Origin: Spirochaetota bacterium
GTDB lineage: Bacteria > Spirochaetota > UBA6919 > CBDBPB01
Reading direction: 5' to 3'
Length of the DNA: 64,000 bases
Assembly (NCBI GenBank): GCA_965208615.1
Contig: CBDBPB010000002.1
Location: 1-64,000 of the forward strand
The notes beneath the pieces were generated by a model. That model was not told the DNA's origin, ran no database searches, and saw only the letters and a list, made by a program, of their open reading frames with translations. Shown here piece after piece: positions 1 to 10,854 of the stretch (positions are counted from its first letter, which is position 1; every line of letters starts with the position of its first letter). The position numbers and the translations under genes were made by a program.

Positions 1-226
1 TTATCTGCCATTGGTATGCTGACAAATAAAAAAGTAACCAGCTATCCATCTTTTAAAAATGACATAAATGCAAAAGAATATAGTGAAAAATCGGTTGTGG
101 TAGACGGTAACCTAATTACAAGCCGTTCTCCCAGCTACTGCAATGGAGTTCTCTCTAAAACTTTTAGAACTGCTTTCTGGTAAAAAGACTATGGAAAAGG
201 TGAAAAAAGCTATTCTGGCAACTTAA
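1..226 (+). CDS. DJ-1/PfpI (ThiJ/YajL) family protein, 3' part, with apparent +1 frameshift near 130
   Basis: Frame 1 reads ...KKVTSYPSFK...VVVDGNLITSRSP; removing one C continues ATAMEFSLKLLELLSG...KAILAT*, the typical DJ-1 C-terminus. Start lies outside the window. Confidence 0.8.
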
Positions 227-250
227 TTAAAACTTAATACAAAAATTAAA

Positions 251-757
251 CTAACTATTATGCTTTTCTATCTTATCAGCCTTTTTTTTGCAACTCGCTA
301 AATAATCCTCAATAGTAAAGTGGTTCAAAACTATTTTTTTGGCTATCTTTTCAGTCATAGCCGGGTATTGCTTTATTAGCTTTTCCACTCGATTACGAAA
401 GTATATACGCTTGCTTTCCTTTTTCTTCTTTATATTAAGAATATTAAGACATTCCTCTATACTTAACTTTCCAGATACAATTTGTCCGGCCATAGATCTA
501 TCAACATCCGGATATTTATTCATTATAAAGTCGATTTTCTTAATTTTAAGCGTTTTCTTATTTTTATTAAGCTTGGCAATATATCTTGTTAGGGATAGCT
601 CTCCACATACAATTTGTCCCGCAATACTCCTAGCCATCTTAGGATAACGCTTAGTAAGATCATCAATCTCTTTAGACTTATTAATAGAGCGTTTTGGTTT
701 CTCAAACAAAGAAGCCAGATCGTCTTCTATCTCATAATGTTTAATTTTCTTTCCCAT
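251..757 (-). CDS. Hypothetical basic protein with three internal helical repeats
   Basis: 168-aa ORF; motif KxYPxMxRSxAGQIVxGxLSxxxY recurs three times (third copy degenerate). Confidence 0.65.
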   Translation of the reverse strand: MGKKIKHYEIEDDLASLFEKPKRSINKSKEIDDLTKRYPKMARSIAGQIVCGELSLTRYIAKLNKNKKTLKIKKIDFIMNKYPDVDRSMAGQIVSGKLSIEECLNILNIKKKKESKRIYFRNRVEKLIKQYPAMTEKIAKKIVLNHFTIEDYLASCKKKADKIEKHNS

Positions 758-1005
758 TTAATTTATCTCTTTAATATTAACTTTATAATTAAAGCTAAGT
801 TAATACATTGTTATATTATACTAATAACTTAATGAAAAATATCCTAATAGAAAAGGATTATATTTAACTCCATAAAAATAGTAATTTCTTAGTATAACAC
901 AGTATAACTATGTATCAATTAGAAAGTAAAAATTAATTTAATAAAAAAAACTAAATCTAAATTCTTATATTTATACAATAATATGCTTAATTTTTTTAAA
1001 TTCCC

Positions 1006-1034
1006 TTGACGTTTTATAGCTAAAAAAGTAAATT
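1006..1034 (+). promoter_or_regulatory. Putative sigma70 promoter of ffh operon
   Basis: TTGACG-17 nt-TAAATT, ending 9 nt before the ffh ATG. Confidence 0.5.
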
Positions 1035-1043
1035 TGAACACTT

Positions 1044-2388
1044 ATGCTTGAAAAAATTACAGACAAATTCGAAAATATCTTTAAAGGACTAAGACGACAA
1101 AATCGTCTAACAGAAAAAAATATTAAAGATGGAGTGCGTGAGATTAAACTCGCCCTTTTAGAGGCTGATGTTAACTATAAAGTGGTTAAAGAGTTAGTAG
1201 TACTTATAGAGCAGGAATGTCTTGGCGAAAAAGTTATAAAGAGTGTTAGTCCGACAGATCAGTTTATCAAAGTTGTACATGATAGACTGGTAGAGATAAT
1301 GGGTAATCAAGCTACAACGGTTAACCTAAAAAAGAAAGGTATATCCGTAGTTCTCATGGTAGGCCTTCAAGGCTCTGGAAAAACAACTAGCTGTGCTAAA
1401 CTTGCTAACTATCTAAAAGAAAATAAAAAAGTTTTACTCGTTGGTGCAGACAGCTATAGACCTGCCGCAAAAAAACAACTAAGAATACTTTCCGAAGAGT
1501 GTGATGTTGGATATTTTACCGAAGATAATAATAATAATCCTGTTAAAATATGTAAAAAAGCTCTTAAATACGCTAAGGAAAATGACTATCACTGTATAAT
1601 AATTGATTCTGCTGGTAGACTGGAAGTTGATAAGCCCCTTATGAAGGAACTTGTAAAAATAAAAAAAAGAAACTAATCCAGATGAAATATTATTTATATC
1701 AGATTCTATGGCTGGACAAAGTATTGTTAATACAGTAAAAGAATTTGACTATCACCTTAGTATTACAGGGGTTATCCTCAGCAAGTTCGATAGTGATACA
1801 AGGGGTGGAGCGGCTCTTTCTATAACTAAAACAACCGGTAAAAGTATTAAATTTATTGGTACCGGTGAAAAAATAAATAATTTAGAACTTTTTCATCCTG
1901 ATAGAATAGCAGGCAGAATATTAGGTAAAGGGGATGTTATATCCTTAGTAGAAAAGGCTCAGGAAGCTGTCGATACAGATGAAATCTTAAAAACTCAAAA
2001 GAAAATCCTCAAAAACAAGTTTGACCTAGAAGACTTCTTAGTGCAAATTAGACAAATAAAAAGAATGGGACCTCTTCAGAATACTATGGATATGTTACCT
2101 ATGGGAAAAAGCCTTAAAAATAATGATGTCGATGAAAAACAATTTGTTCGTACTGAGGCTATTATCCTATCCATGACTCCTAAAGAACGTAGAAATTATA
2201 GAATTATAAATAGTAGCCGTAGAAGACGAATTGCTAAAGGTAGTGGTACTAAGATCCAAGACGTTAATCGTATTATAAAACAGTTTGAAAATATGCAAAA
2301 AATGATGAAAAAAATTAAAAATAATCCCAGGTTTTTAACAAAAATGATGGGTGGTAATATTCCTGACTTTACTAAACTAAAAATATAA
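1044..2388 (+). CDS. ffh: Signal recognition particle protein Ffh (split by +1 frameshift in A-run at ~1661-1668; likely sequencing error)
   Basis: ALLEADV, GLQGSGKTT, DSAGRL, KFDSDTRGG, FHPDRIAGRILG, Met-rich M domain SRRRRIAKGSG; removing one A joins ORFs 1044-1676 and 1708-2388. Confidence 0.95.
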
Positions 2389-2427
2389 AAATACTTTTGA
2401 TATAAAGCATTAACAGGAGGACAAATT

Positions 2428-2679
2428 TTGGTAAAATTAAGACTCTCTAGAGCCGGCAGCAAAAAAAAACCATATTATCATATTGTAGTAATGGACTCTA
2501 GAAATAAACGGGATGGTAAGTATATAGAAAAAATTGGTGTTTATGATCCTATAGATAAAAATAAACACGCTAAACTCGATGAAGATAGACTTGATTATTG
2601 GTATAAATGTGGAGCAAAGCCTAGTAATACTGTTCTAGCTATAATCAATAGACTTGGGATAAAACTATCTACTAAATAA
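2428..2679 (+). CDS. rpsP: 30S ribosomal protein S16
   Basis: MVKLRLSRAGSKKKPYYHIVVMDSR..RDGKYIEKIGVYDP; ffh-rpsP context. Confidence 0.97.
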   Translation: MVKLRLSRAGSKKKPYYHIVVMDSRNKRDGKYIEKIGVYDPIDKNKHAKLDEDRLDYWYKCGAKPSNTVLAIINRLGIKLSTK

Positions 2680-2710
2680 ATTGTTTCGAGATAGAATAAG
2701 GAGTTACTAT

Positions 2711-2947
2711 ATGGATGAAAAAAATCTAGTTGTATATCTTGTAAAATCCCTTGTGGATAATCCAGAAAGTGTTAATGTTAACGTGATAGAGGGAGAAAAA
2801 TCAACTATACTAGAACTAAGGGTTTTAGACGAAGATATCGGAAAGGTTATTGGAAAACATGGTAGAATTGCAAAAGCAATTAGAACTATCATTAGTGCTT
2901 GTGCTACTAAGTCTGGCAAGAGAGTTGTATTAGAAATACTGGACTAA
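2711..2947 (+). CDS. khpA: KH-domain RNA-binding protein KhpA/YlqC
   Basis: DIGKVIGKHGRIAKAIR KH motif; GGAG before ATG 2711; located between rpsP and rimM. Confidence 0.9.
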   Translation: MDEKNLVVYLVKSLVDNPESVNVNVIEGEKSTILELRVLDEDIGKVIGKHGRIAKAIRTIISACATKSGKRVVLEILD

Positions 2948-2959
2948 TAATTAGTTAGA

Positions 2960-3460
2960 TTGAGTAACTATATTGTTATAGCTAAAATAGGGAAACCACA
3001 TGGTCTAAAAGGATATTTCTTTTTCTATCCTTTTAGTAGTAGTGTTGATGAACTATTTAACTTTTCTACTTTTTATAAAAAAAAAGAAAATATATTTATT
3101 CCCTTACCCAAAATAATTTTTAAAAATAGTGGAAATAACCTTATAGCCAAAATAAAGGGAATTAACTCTGTAGAAGAAATAAAACATCTAATTAATATTG
3201 ATGTCTATATACTGAAAAAAGAACTTCCCCCACTAGATGGGGAATATTATCATTTTGACCTTATTGACTGCAAGTGTTATTATGAGGATAAGTTCATTGG
3301 TGTAGTTAAAGATATTGTCAACTATGGTGCAGGTGAACTTTTTGAAATAGAAACTAAAAAAAACAAAACTTATTTTATTCCTTTTTTAAAAGACAAGTTA
3401 CTTGATGTTTCAATAGATAACAAGTCAATATATTTTAAGGATTTAGAAGGGTTTATTTGA
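2960..3460 (+). CDS. rimM: 16S rRNA processing protein RimM
   Basis: IAKIGKPHGLKG, EYYHFDLIDC, NYGAGE, FIPF; operon context. Confidence 0.93.
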   Translation: MSNYIVIAKIGKPHGLKGYFFFYPFSSSVDELFNFSTFYKKKENIFIPLPKIIFKNSGNNLIAKIKGINSVEEIKHLINIDVYILKKELPPLDGEYYHFDLIDCKCYYEDKFIGVVKDIVNYGAGELFEIETKKNKTYFIPFLKDKLLDVSIDNKSIYFKDLEGFI

Positions 3461-4185
3461 TATTTTATATACTAAGTTTATTCCCTGAAGTCTTTGAGCC
3501 TTACATTAATACAAGTGTTATTGGCAGAAGTATAAAAAGGAGCGATGTTAAGGTTTGTTTTGTTAATTTTAGAGATTTTTCTAAGAATAAACATAAAAAA
3601 GTTGATGATAATATTTATGGTGGTGGCCCTGGTATGTTGCTCCAGTGTGAGCCTATATATAATGCCATTAGTTCTGTTAAAAAAGAAAACTCTAAGCTTA
3701 TCTTCTTAACTCCAGAAGGAAAGCTTTTTAACCAAAAAATTGCTAATAAACTTGTTAAAGAAAAAGAAATTATTTTGGTTAGCGGTCATTATGAGGGTTT
3801 TGATAATAGAGTATTTAATTTTTTCGATCATGAAAAAATATCTATAGGAGATTATATATTAACAGGTGGTGAATTACCTGCATTAGTTGTTTTTGATTGC
3901 ATTGTTAGACTTTATAATAAAGTGCTTAACAATCCAAACTCTTTACTAGAAGAAAGCTTTAATAACGGACTTATAGAATATGATCAGTATACAAGGCCAG
4001 CAAAATACTTAAATAAAAGTGTTCCTGAAATACTCTTAAGCGGAGATCATAAAAAAATTAAGTTGTGGAAAAAACAAAAAAGTCTGGTAAATACTTTGAA
4101 ATATAGACCAGACCTAATTGAAAGAAAAATATTAACAAAAGAAAGTATAGAACTTTTAATATCGTACTTCGAGGAGAAAAAATGA
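3457..4185 (+). CDS. trmD: tRNA (guanine37-N1)-methyltransferase
   Basis: [45 protein letters not shown]. Confidence 0.97.
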   Translation: MIFYILSLFPEVFEPYINTSVIGRSIKRSDVKVCFVNFRDFSKNKHKKVDDNIYGGGPGMLLQCEPIYNAISSVKKENSKLIFLTPEGKLFNQKIANKLVKEKEIILVSGHYEGFDNRVFNFFDHEKISIGDYILTGGELPALVVFDCIVRLYNKVLNNPNSLLEESFNNGLIEYDQYTRPAKYLNKSVPEILLSGDHKKIKLWKKQKSLVNTLKYRPDLIERKILTKESIELLISYFEEKK

Positions 4186-4541
4186 TAACTAATAGACAAG
4201 ATGCTTTTAATAAAATTGAGGCTAACTATATTAAAAAACAAACTACCTTTAGAATTGGTGATACTATTAAAGTTCACTTTAAAATTAAAGAAGGTAAAAG
4301 AGAGCGTATACAGATTTTTCAAGGAATAGTTATTGCTATAAGTGGTAGCGGACTAGGTAAAACTTTTATAATAAGAAAAATATCTTTTGGAGTGGGAGTA
4401 GAAAGAGTATTTCCTTTTAACTCTCCAAAGATTGGTAAAATTGAAGTAGTAAAAGAAGCTAAGGTAAGGCGTGCAAAACTATACTATTTAAGAAATAGAA
4501 TAGGTAAAGCACATCAAACAAAAACTAAAGTAAAAAAATAG
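4182..4541 (+). CDS. rplS: 50S ribosomal protein L19
   Basis: [41 protein letters not shown]. Confidence 0.97.
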   Translation: MITNRQDAFNKIEANYIKKQTTFRIGDTIKVHFKIKEGKRERIQIFQGIVIAISGSGLGKTFIIRKISFGVGVERVFPFNSPKIGKIEVVKEAKVRRAKLYYLRNRIGKAHQTKTKVKK

Positions 4542-4563
4542 AATACCATATAAATAAAATTAT

Positions 4564-5184
4564 ATGGATAGCTCAACTTTATATCAGTTCGACTTATCTT
4601 TTATTAAAAGAAAAAAAGACTATATAGTAGGAATAGATGAAGTAGGTAGAGGACCTTTGGCAGGTCCTGTAATAGCTTCTGCCGTAATACTAAATTTATA
4701 TAGCCCTATTATAGGAATAAATGACTCAAAAAAGTTAACTTCCTCAAAAAGAATACGACTATTTAAAGAAATTAGCAATAAAGCACTTTCTATTGGTATT
4801 GGTGTAGTAGATCATAATACCATAGACAAGATTAATATATTAAATGCAACTAAAAAAGCAATGAATATTGCTTTTAATAATTTAAATATAAAGCCTAGTC
4901 TTTGTTTAATAGATGGTATTACACTAACTAACTTAGATTACCCTGTATACAAAATTATTAAAGGTGACACACTTAGCGCATCTATTGCATCAGCATCTAT
5001 TATTGCTAAGGTAATTAGGGATAGGTTAATGGAAAGTTTTCACAATAAATACCCTAACTACCTTTTCAATAAACATAAAGGCTATCCTACTAAAAAACAT
5101 ATAGAACTTCTTAAAAAGTTAGGCCCCTCACCTATCCATAGAAAAAGCTATTATCCTGTTAAACAAGCTTTTATAAAAAAATAG
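4564..5184 (+). CDS. rnhB: Ribonuclease HII
   Basis: GIDEVGRGPLAGPV, NDSKKL, SIASASIIAKVIRD, HKGYPT. Confidence 0.97.
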   Translation: MDSSTLYQFDLSFIKRKKDYIVGIDEVGRGPLAGPVIASAVILNLYSPIIGINDSKKLTSSKRIRLFKEISNKALSIGIGVVDHNTIDKINILNATKKAMNIAFNNLNIKPSLCLIDGITLTNLDYPVYKIIKGDTLSASIASASIIAKVIRDRLMESFHNKYPNYLFNKHKGYPTKKHIELLKKLGPSPIHRKSYYPVKQAFIKK

Positions 5185-5185
5185 C

Positions 5186-5410
5186 TTATGACTCTACCAA
5201 TACCCTTGACTTTCTTCTCTTCATCCTTGGGTGATAATACTTTTTTTGAAAGTCCATAAGACTATCCTTTTCTATTAGCCAAATTTTTCCATCTGCTAAA
5301 CGAGAATCAATTCTCTTTTCTCTACAGAACTTAGTAATGGATGACTTTGGAATACCAGTTATTTTAACTGCCTCTGATACAATTAATGTATCCACCATTA
5401 AATTTTTCAT
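5186..5410 (-). CDS. Small excisionase-like helix-turn-helix DNA-binding protein
   Basis: VSEAVKITGIPKSSITKFCREKRI..GKIWLIEKDSL fits the winged HTH_17 pattern; basic tail. Confidence 0.65.
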   Translation of the reverse strand: MKNLMVDTLIVSEAVKITGIPKSSITKFCREKRIDSRLADGKIWLIEKDSLMDFQKKYYHPRMKRRKSRVLVES

Positions 5411-5656
5411 AAACCATACCTATCTTATTAATTTTTTTATCTGTAAACATCTATTTTTAATATATAACATCGTGTAAAAAAAATCAATCTTTTATGAAAA
5501 ATATTTTTTATAAGCTATGTATATTATATATATTTAATGATTGCCTTAAAGGCTAACTATTTGGTATATAATTATAAACAAAAATATTTATACTGCTTAT
5601 GGTGAATTATTGTATTAGGCTTATAACTTATTATTTTGCAATGAGTAAAGAAATAC

Positions 5657-5714
5657 AACTCAATAAGTTAGGCAGTCTATTTATATGATGTAATAAATAA
5701 ATACTTATTGAGTT
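5657..5714. repeat. Inverted repeat / long hairpin
   Basis: AACTCAATAAGT (5657-5668) and ACTTATTGAGTT (5703-5714) are perfect reverse complements; inner TATTTAT/ATAAATA arms. Confidence 0.6.
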
Positions 5715-5952
5715 AATAGTTCTGCTGTTTAGACAGACTTTTATAATACATATTATATTACTTGACATATTAAGTAATAAATATAAATATATAAAGCTAT
5801 ATTTTTTACTTATAATTTAGTTAAATAAGATATAATTAACTATATTTAGAGAATTACTACTTGTCTATTATATTAAATATAATATGTAAGCAATCTATAA
5901 AACATATTCAAAAAAAGTAAACAAAAAGAATTTAGTGTATATAGGCCCTAAG

Positions 5953-6672
5953 TTATGAATAAAAAGTAGCTAGATTATTACTGACAAAGTTATCCGCTTT
6001 TTTTAAGTCTTGATGATTATCAACTTCTAGCCATTTATAATTACTTAAATCAAGATAGTTAATACGACTACCCTCGTTAGCCAATAACTGTAATATATAT
6101 TCAACATTAGCCGACTCACCAACAGTATTAATAACCTTTTTAACAGCGTCTTTATATAAGGATATACTATTTTTATGACATGAGGTCATTCCAATATATC
6201 CACAATCATAGTCAGTCAGCTTTTTGTCTATATAAACAATATTATTTTCATTAAGCTTTACCTTCATATCATCAGGGACTAACTTTCTATCAAAATCACA
6301 AATAGCAGTTATACCGCTGATATTATTGGCTATCTTATCAATAAAATGTAGGGGATAAATATGATCAACGTTCATAAGTAAAAAAGAGTCATCTATATAA
6401 TTAAGAGCTTTTTCAATAGTAAGAACACTCCCCTTTTGATAATTACTATTTTCTACCAACGATAAATTAGATATACCCTTTTGCCCAATATGAGCCTGCA
6501 ATAGGTCAAAGCGATAACCCCCTATAACTATAACCTCATCAGCCATAGCTAAAAAACGTAAGGCATAATCAATTAAAGCTATACCATTAACCTTAACTAA
6601 TGCTTTTGGACAATCACTAGTTATATTCTTTAGCCTACTTCCAAGGCCAGCCGCTAAGATAATTCCTTTCAT
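5953..6672 (-). CDS. Sugar/alcohol-phosphate cytidylyltransferase (IPCT/LicC-like NTP transferase)
   Basis: GIILAAGLGSRL..PKALVKVNG, DDMKV, WLEVDNHQDL. Confidence 0.85.
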   Translation of the reverse strand: MKGIILAAGLGSRLKNITSDCPKALVKVNGIALIDYALRFLAMADEVIVIGGYRFDLLQAHIGQKGISNLSLVENSNYQKGSVLTIEKALNYIDDSFLLMNVDHIYPLHFIDKIANNISGITAICDFDRKLVPDDMKVKLNENNIVYIDKKLTDYDCGYIGMTSCHKNSISLYKDAVKKVINTVGESANVEYILQLLANEGSRINYLDLSNYKWLEVDNHQDLKKADNFVSNNLATFYS

Positions 6673-6689
6673 ATTAAAAAAGCTCCATA

Positions 6690-7337
6690 TTATGGTATTA
6701 GCAGGCTAATAAGGTCATAGAGCTTATTAACCCTCTTAAATTGTGGAAACTCATTATTAAAATCACTATTAGAAAAAGTACCTATTTTTGCAATAAACTT
6801 AACCCCACAATTTATGGCTATCCTTGCATCATTAAGAGAATCACCTACAAAAACCATGTTAGCTAATAAACAATTGGAGTTCTTTTCTATAAATTTAAAA
6901 TGATCCCGTCCTTTTGAAAAACCATTTTTATAACCTAGAATATAGTCAAAGGTCAGATTCTGTTTATTAACAAAGCTCTCAATCATGTTCTGAAAGTTAT
7001 TAGAGGAGATAGCGATTTTTATATTATTTTCCCTTAAAGCCTTTACAGTGATTTTTACATCTTCAGGAAAGTCCACAGTAAAAAAGTTATTCTTTTTTCT
7101 AAGTTCAAACTCATTGGCTAGTTCAGTATTTTGCTCTTTATTAGGGAATAATATATCAAGCTGTTTGAAAAATGGTAATCCAGATGTATCTAAATATTGC
7201 TTTCTTGCCTCATTAAATGGTATATTATATTCCCTCTCAATAATAGAAGCGGCTAAATCAGCAAAGCTATTCATGGTATCCACAAGAGTACCATCAAAAT
7301 CAAATATACATACCCTCGTATTTTGATAGTCAGTCAA
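6690..7337 (-). CDS. HAD-superfamily phosphatase
   Basis: IFDFDGTLVDT motif I, ISSN motif II, FVGDSLND motif IV. Confidence 0.9.
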   Translation of the reverse strand: MTDYQNTRVCIFDFDGTLVDTMNSFADLAASIIEREYNIPFNEARKQYLDTSGLPFFKQLDILFPNKEQNTELANEFELRKKNNFFTVDFPEDVKITVKALRENNIKIAISSNNFQNMIESFVNKQNLTFDYILGYKNGFSKGRDHFKFIEKNSNCLLANMVFVGDSLNDARIAINCGVKFIAKIGTFSNSDFNNEFPQFKRVNKLYDLISLLIP

Positions 7338-8634
7338 CCTTAAGCCCCCTCTTGTTAATAATAGTCTGAATAATAACCACTATACCCATTCCAATCATAA
7401 GAGGAACTGCTAACATGAATAGTACAGATAATAATCCAAAAATAGCCATTATTAAAGCAGAAAAACCAAGAAAATCACTCCGAGCAAAGTTCCTGAAAAA
7501 TAATAATGCCCTGTTGGTAAAAGACATGTTATTATGTGAATCATCCTCAAAAAAGTATGTATAATCTAATATGTCCCTTTTATCAGTGGATAGCAAAGCC
7601 TTGTATTGTAAAAACTTTGCAGTTAAAAAACTAATAGCATGAGCTATTGCCCCATATAAATATAAGTCAGCCAATACACTATTGTCAGAACTCTCAAAAT
7701 ATGACCTTATACCCATCCCAAAAATAAAGATACCATTTTTAAAATCATCAACTAAACTATCCAATAACTCACCATGATCAGAAAACTGATATTTTAACCT
7801 TGCAATCTCACCATCACATCCGTCTATTACCGACGCCGTATGTAAGAAAAATGCCCCCAATATGCCGTATATATAACCTTCTTGAAAGATAAAGTATATA
7901 GATATAAACGATATTAACAACGTTAACATGGTAACCATATTAGGCGTTATTGACGTGTGCATTAAAAACCTTGTTATAAACAATGATATTGGTCTGTTAA
8001 AAGTTCTGGATATAAATGGATCACTAGGCTTTCTTAAAAACTTTAATAAACCTCTCTGTGCAAAACGAATGTCATCCTTAGACTTAATGGATAAGTAAAA
8101 TCTCTTGTCTAACTCTATCTTACTCAGAAAAGAACTATTTAGTATCCACTCCTGAACGCTATCTTTAGATAGATCATCACGATCATAATCCTTTAGTATA
8201 TCCCCAGAAATTAAAAAGAAATCAGTGTTAATAATATTTTTGTTACCCTGAAGATCGGGTAAGGCAGGCTTAATAAAAATAGAATAAATACCCCTATTTA
8301 TATTGGTCTTTAGTAAATCAACTAAAAGCCCACGATCAAAAATAGCCTCTGTAGATAAAAATAGTACATCACCATCAACTAAGTCCAGAACCTCAGTGAC
8401 AGAGTTAATATCAAATAAACTTAAGGACAATTTAATCCTATCATCGGCTAACTCACTTTTTAGTATATTAAAACAGCCCTTAGGTAAAATGAATATAATA
8501 TGCCGTCCACCAGCAAGCTGGAAAGTAAGTATAAGCCTCTTTATAATAGAAAGCCCAGCTACTTTTGTTAAAAAAGAAATACCATTTATAGATAGATCAT
8601 CTTCATCTAAGGAAATTAATAATGTTTTGTCCAT
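7330..8634 (-). CDS. CDP-alcohol phosphotransferase with N-terminal degenerate nucleotidyltransferase-like domain (IPCT/DIPPS-like architecture)
   Basis: NRPIS..ITPNMVT, DGCDGEIARLK...GELLDSLVD signature; N-terminal LTKVAGLSIIKRLI. Confidence 0.85.
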   Translation of the reverse strand: MDKTLLISLDEDDLSINGISFLTKVAGLSIIKRLILTFQLAGGRHIIFILPKGCFNILKSELADDRIKLSLSLFDINSVTEVLDLVDGDVLFLSTEAIFDRGLLVDLLKTNINRGIYSIFIKPALPDLQGNKNIINTDFFLISGDILKDYDRDDLSKDSVQEWILNSSFLSKIELDKRFYLSIKSKDDIRFAQRGLLKFLRKPSDPFISRTFNRPISLFITRFLMHTSITPNMVTMLTLLISFISIYFIFQEGYIYGILGAFFLHTASVIDGCDGEIARLKYQFSDHGELLDSLVDDFKNGIFIFGMGIRSYFESSDNSVLADLYLYGAIAHAISFLTAKFLQYKALLSTDKRDILDYTYFFEDDSHNNMSFTNRALLFFRNFARSDFLGFSALIMAIFGLLSVLFMLAVPLMIGMGIVVIIQTIINKRGLKVD

Positions 8635-8830
8635 AAATACGCCTTAAAATATAATCTTATTCTAATAATAGCTAATTATTGTTAATTTAGTCTAAAAATA
8701 ACCTGAACTATTAAATAATAAAAATAATACATATATACATCTGTATAAACTTTTTATGACTAATGTACTTTTTTATACATAATTAAACTATATTTCACTC
8801 AACATTAACTCACCACAAAAAGGTAACTAA

Positions 8831-10854
8831 ATGAGCCAAGTCGAGCAATACATAAACGATATTAAAAAAGAGTTTAATACAGGTATAGCTAAAGAACACT
8901 CTTATAGGCCTGCGTTAAAAGAACTAATCGAGTCGTTTAATAAAATAACTGCTGTTAATGAGCCTAAACAAGTTGAATGTGGTGCTCCTGACTTTATCAT
9001 CCAGAATAATGACAAAATAGCAATCGGCTATATAGAAAGCAAAGACATAGATAAAGACCTGAACAGTAAAGCCTTTAAAGAACAGTTTGACCGCTATATA
9101 AACGGCCTTGATAACCTCATAATAACCAACTATCTTAACTTTAAATACTATATAAAAGGCTCTCTTAAATATGAAGTCAAGATCGCAGAAATAATAAATG
9201 GTAAAATAAAAGCCATAACAGAAAACCATAACAACTTTAAAGTTATGATAAATGACTTTCTTAAGCACCGTAGTCAAACTATTAAAAGTGCATCTGATCT
9301 AGCTAATATGATGGATAGTAATGCCCTAATCCTTTCCGACGTTATTAACCTTGGATAATGACGACAAAACAGAAATAAATAGTTCCCTAAAAGGCCAACT
9401 GAAAGCCTTTAAGGATATACTCATACACGACATAACTAATAAAGACTTTGCTGACATATACGCCCAAACCATAGCCTATGGCATGTTTGCTGCAAGACTC
9501 CATGATCCAGAAGTATATAGTTTTAACCGTTCTCAGGCAGCAAGGCTAATCCCTAAAACCAATCCCTTTTTAAGAGAGTTTTTCCAGTATATAGCCAGCT
9601 ATTATCTCGATGAACGCATAACATGGATAGTTGATGCTTTAGCTAATGTCCTCAGGTACACATCAAATAAAACAGTAAAAGATAAAATCATAGAAAAAGA
9701 GGTACATAAAGTCCAGATACTCGATCCAGCTACTGGTACCTTCTTGGCTGAGATAGTAAAACATATATATAATAATTTTAAAGATCAACAGGGTACATGG
9801 ACAAACTATGTTGATCAAGAGCTTATCCCCAGACTAAACGGTTTTGAGCTCATTATGACAAGCTATACCATGGCTCACTTAAAGCTGGAAATGTTACTCA
9901 AAGATACAAATTATAAATCCAATAATGATAGTCGGTTTAAGATTTATTTAAATAACTCTTTAGAGAAGTCTCATCCACACATCCAAAATATGCCTTTTGC
10001 GTATTGGCTAAGAGAAGAAGCTCTATCAGCTAATGAGGTTAAACATGACTATCCCGTTATGATAGTCTTAGGCAACCCTCCATATAGTGGCCATTCACAA
10101 AACAAAGATGACTGGTTAAATAAGCTATTGGACGACTACAAAAAAGAGCCTGGTACAACAAACAAGCTAAACGAGAAAAATCCTAAGTGTATAAATGATG
10201 ATTATGTTAAGTTCATAAGATATGGCCAGTACCTTATAGAGAAAAACAAAGAGGGCGTTTTAGCCTTTATTAATAATCACAGCTTTTTGGATAACCTAAC
10301 CTTTAGGGGTATGCGTTATAACCTTTTAAAAGCTTTTGATAAAATATATATTATGGACTTGCACGGTAACTCAAGGAAAAAAGAAACTCACCCTAATGGA
10401 TCAATAGACCAAAACGTCTTTGACATACAACAAGGAGTTAGTATTAACATTTTTGTTAAGACTAAAAAAAGCATTAATGAGTTAGCAAAAGTCTATCACC
10501 ATAACCTATATGGAGAGCGTGAAGATAAATATGAGTATTTACTTAATAATGATATAACCAGTGTGCCTTACGTACTTTTAGAGAATAAACCACCTTATTA
10601 CTTTTTTGTTAAGAAAGACTTTAAAGATTCTAAACCTAAATAAACAGTACTTCGATAAGGTACCCTTAGTAGCTTATGACTTTTATATTGGAGGCTATCA
10701 GCCTGCTAAAAAATGGCTTAAAGATAGAAAAGATAATAAGCTGAACTATGATGACATAATCCACTATCAAAAGATAATTACCGCCCTATATAATACCCAT
10801 AAACTCATGACTCAAATAGATAAGCACTTAATCCTGAAGGACAAAGCTAAATAG
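8831..10854 (+). pseudogene. Decayed type ISP/IIG fused restriction endonuclease-adenine methyltransferase
   Basis: Three fragments: EHSYRPAL..GAPDF..GYIESKD nuclease; FADIYAQTIAYGMF, ILDPATGT, GNPPYSG, DDYVKF; C-terminal FYIGGYQPAKKWLKDRK. Frameshifts plus large internal deletions (no YYTP motif, most of the specificity domain absent). Confidence 0.85.

Noticed and set aside
339-832. ORFs 339-647 and 614-832 (+) and other antisense ORFs in the track (e.g. 2196-2462, 8303-8647, 20283-20594, 57910-58200, 62308-62751)
   Set aside because: Shadow frames opposite well-supported genes; no motifs or RBS.
5762-5790. TTGACA promoter pointing at the 3' end of the nucleotidyltransferase gene (antisense)
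   Set aside because: No good -10 box at 17-nt spacing; very AT-rich background.
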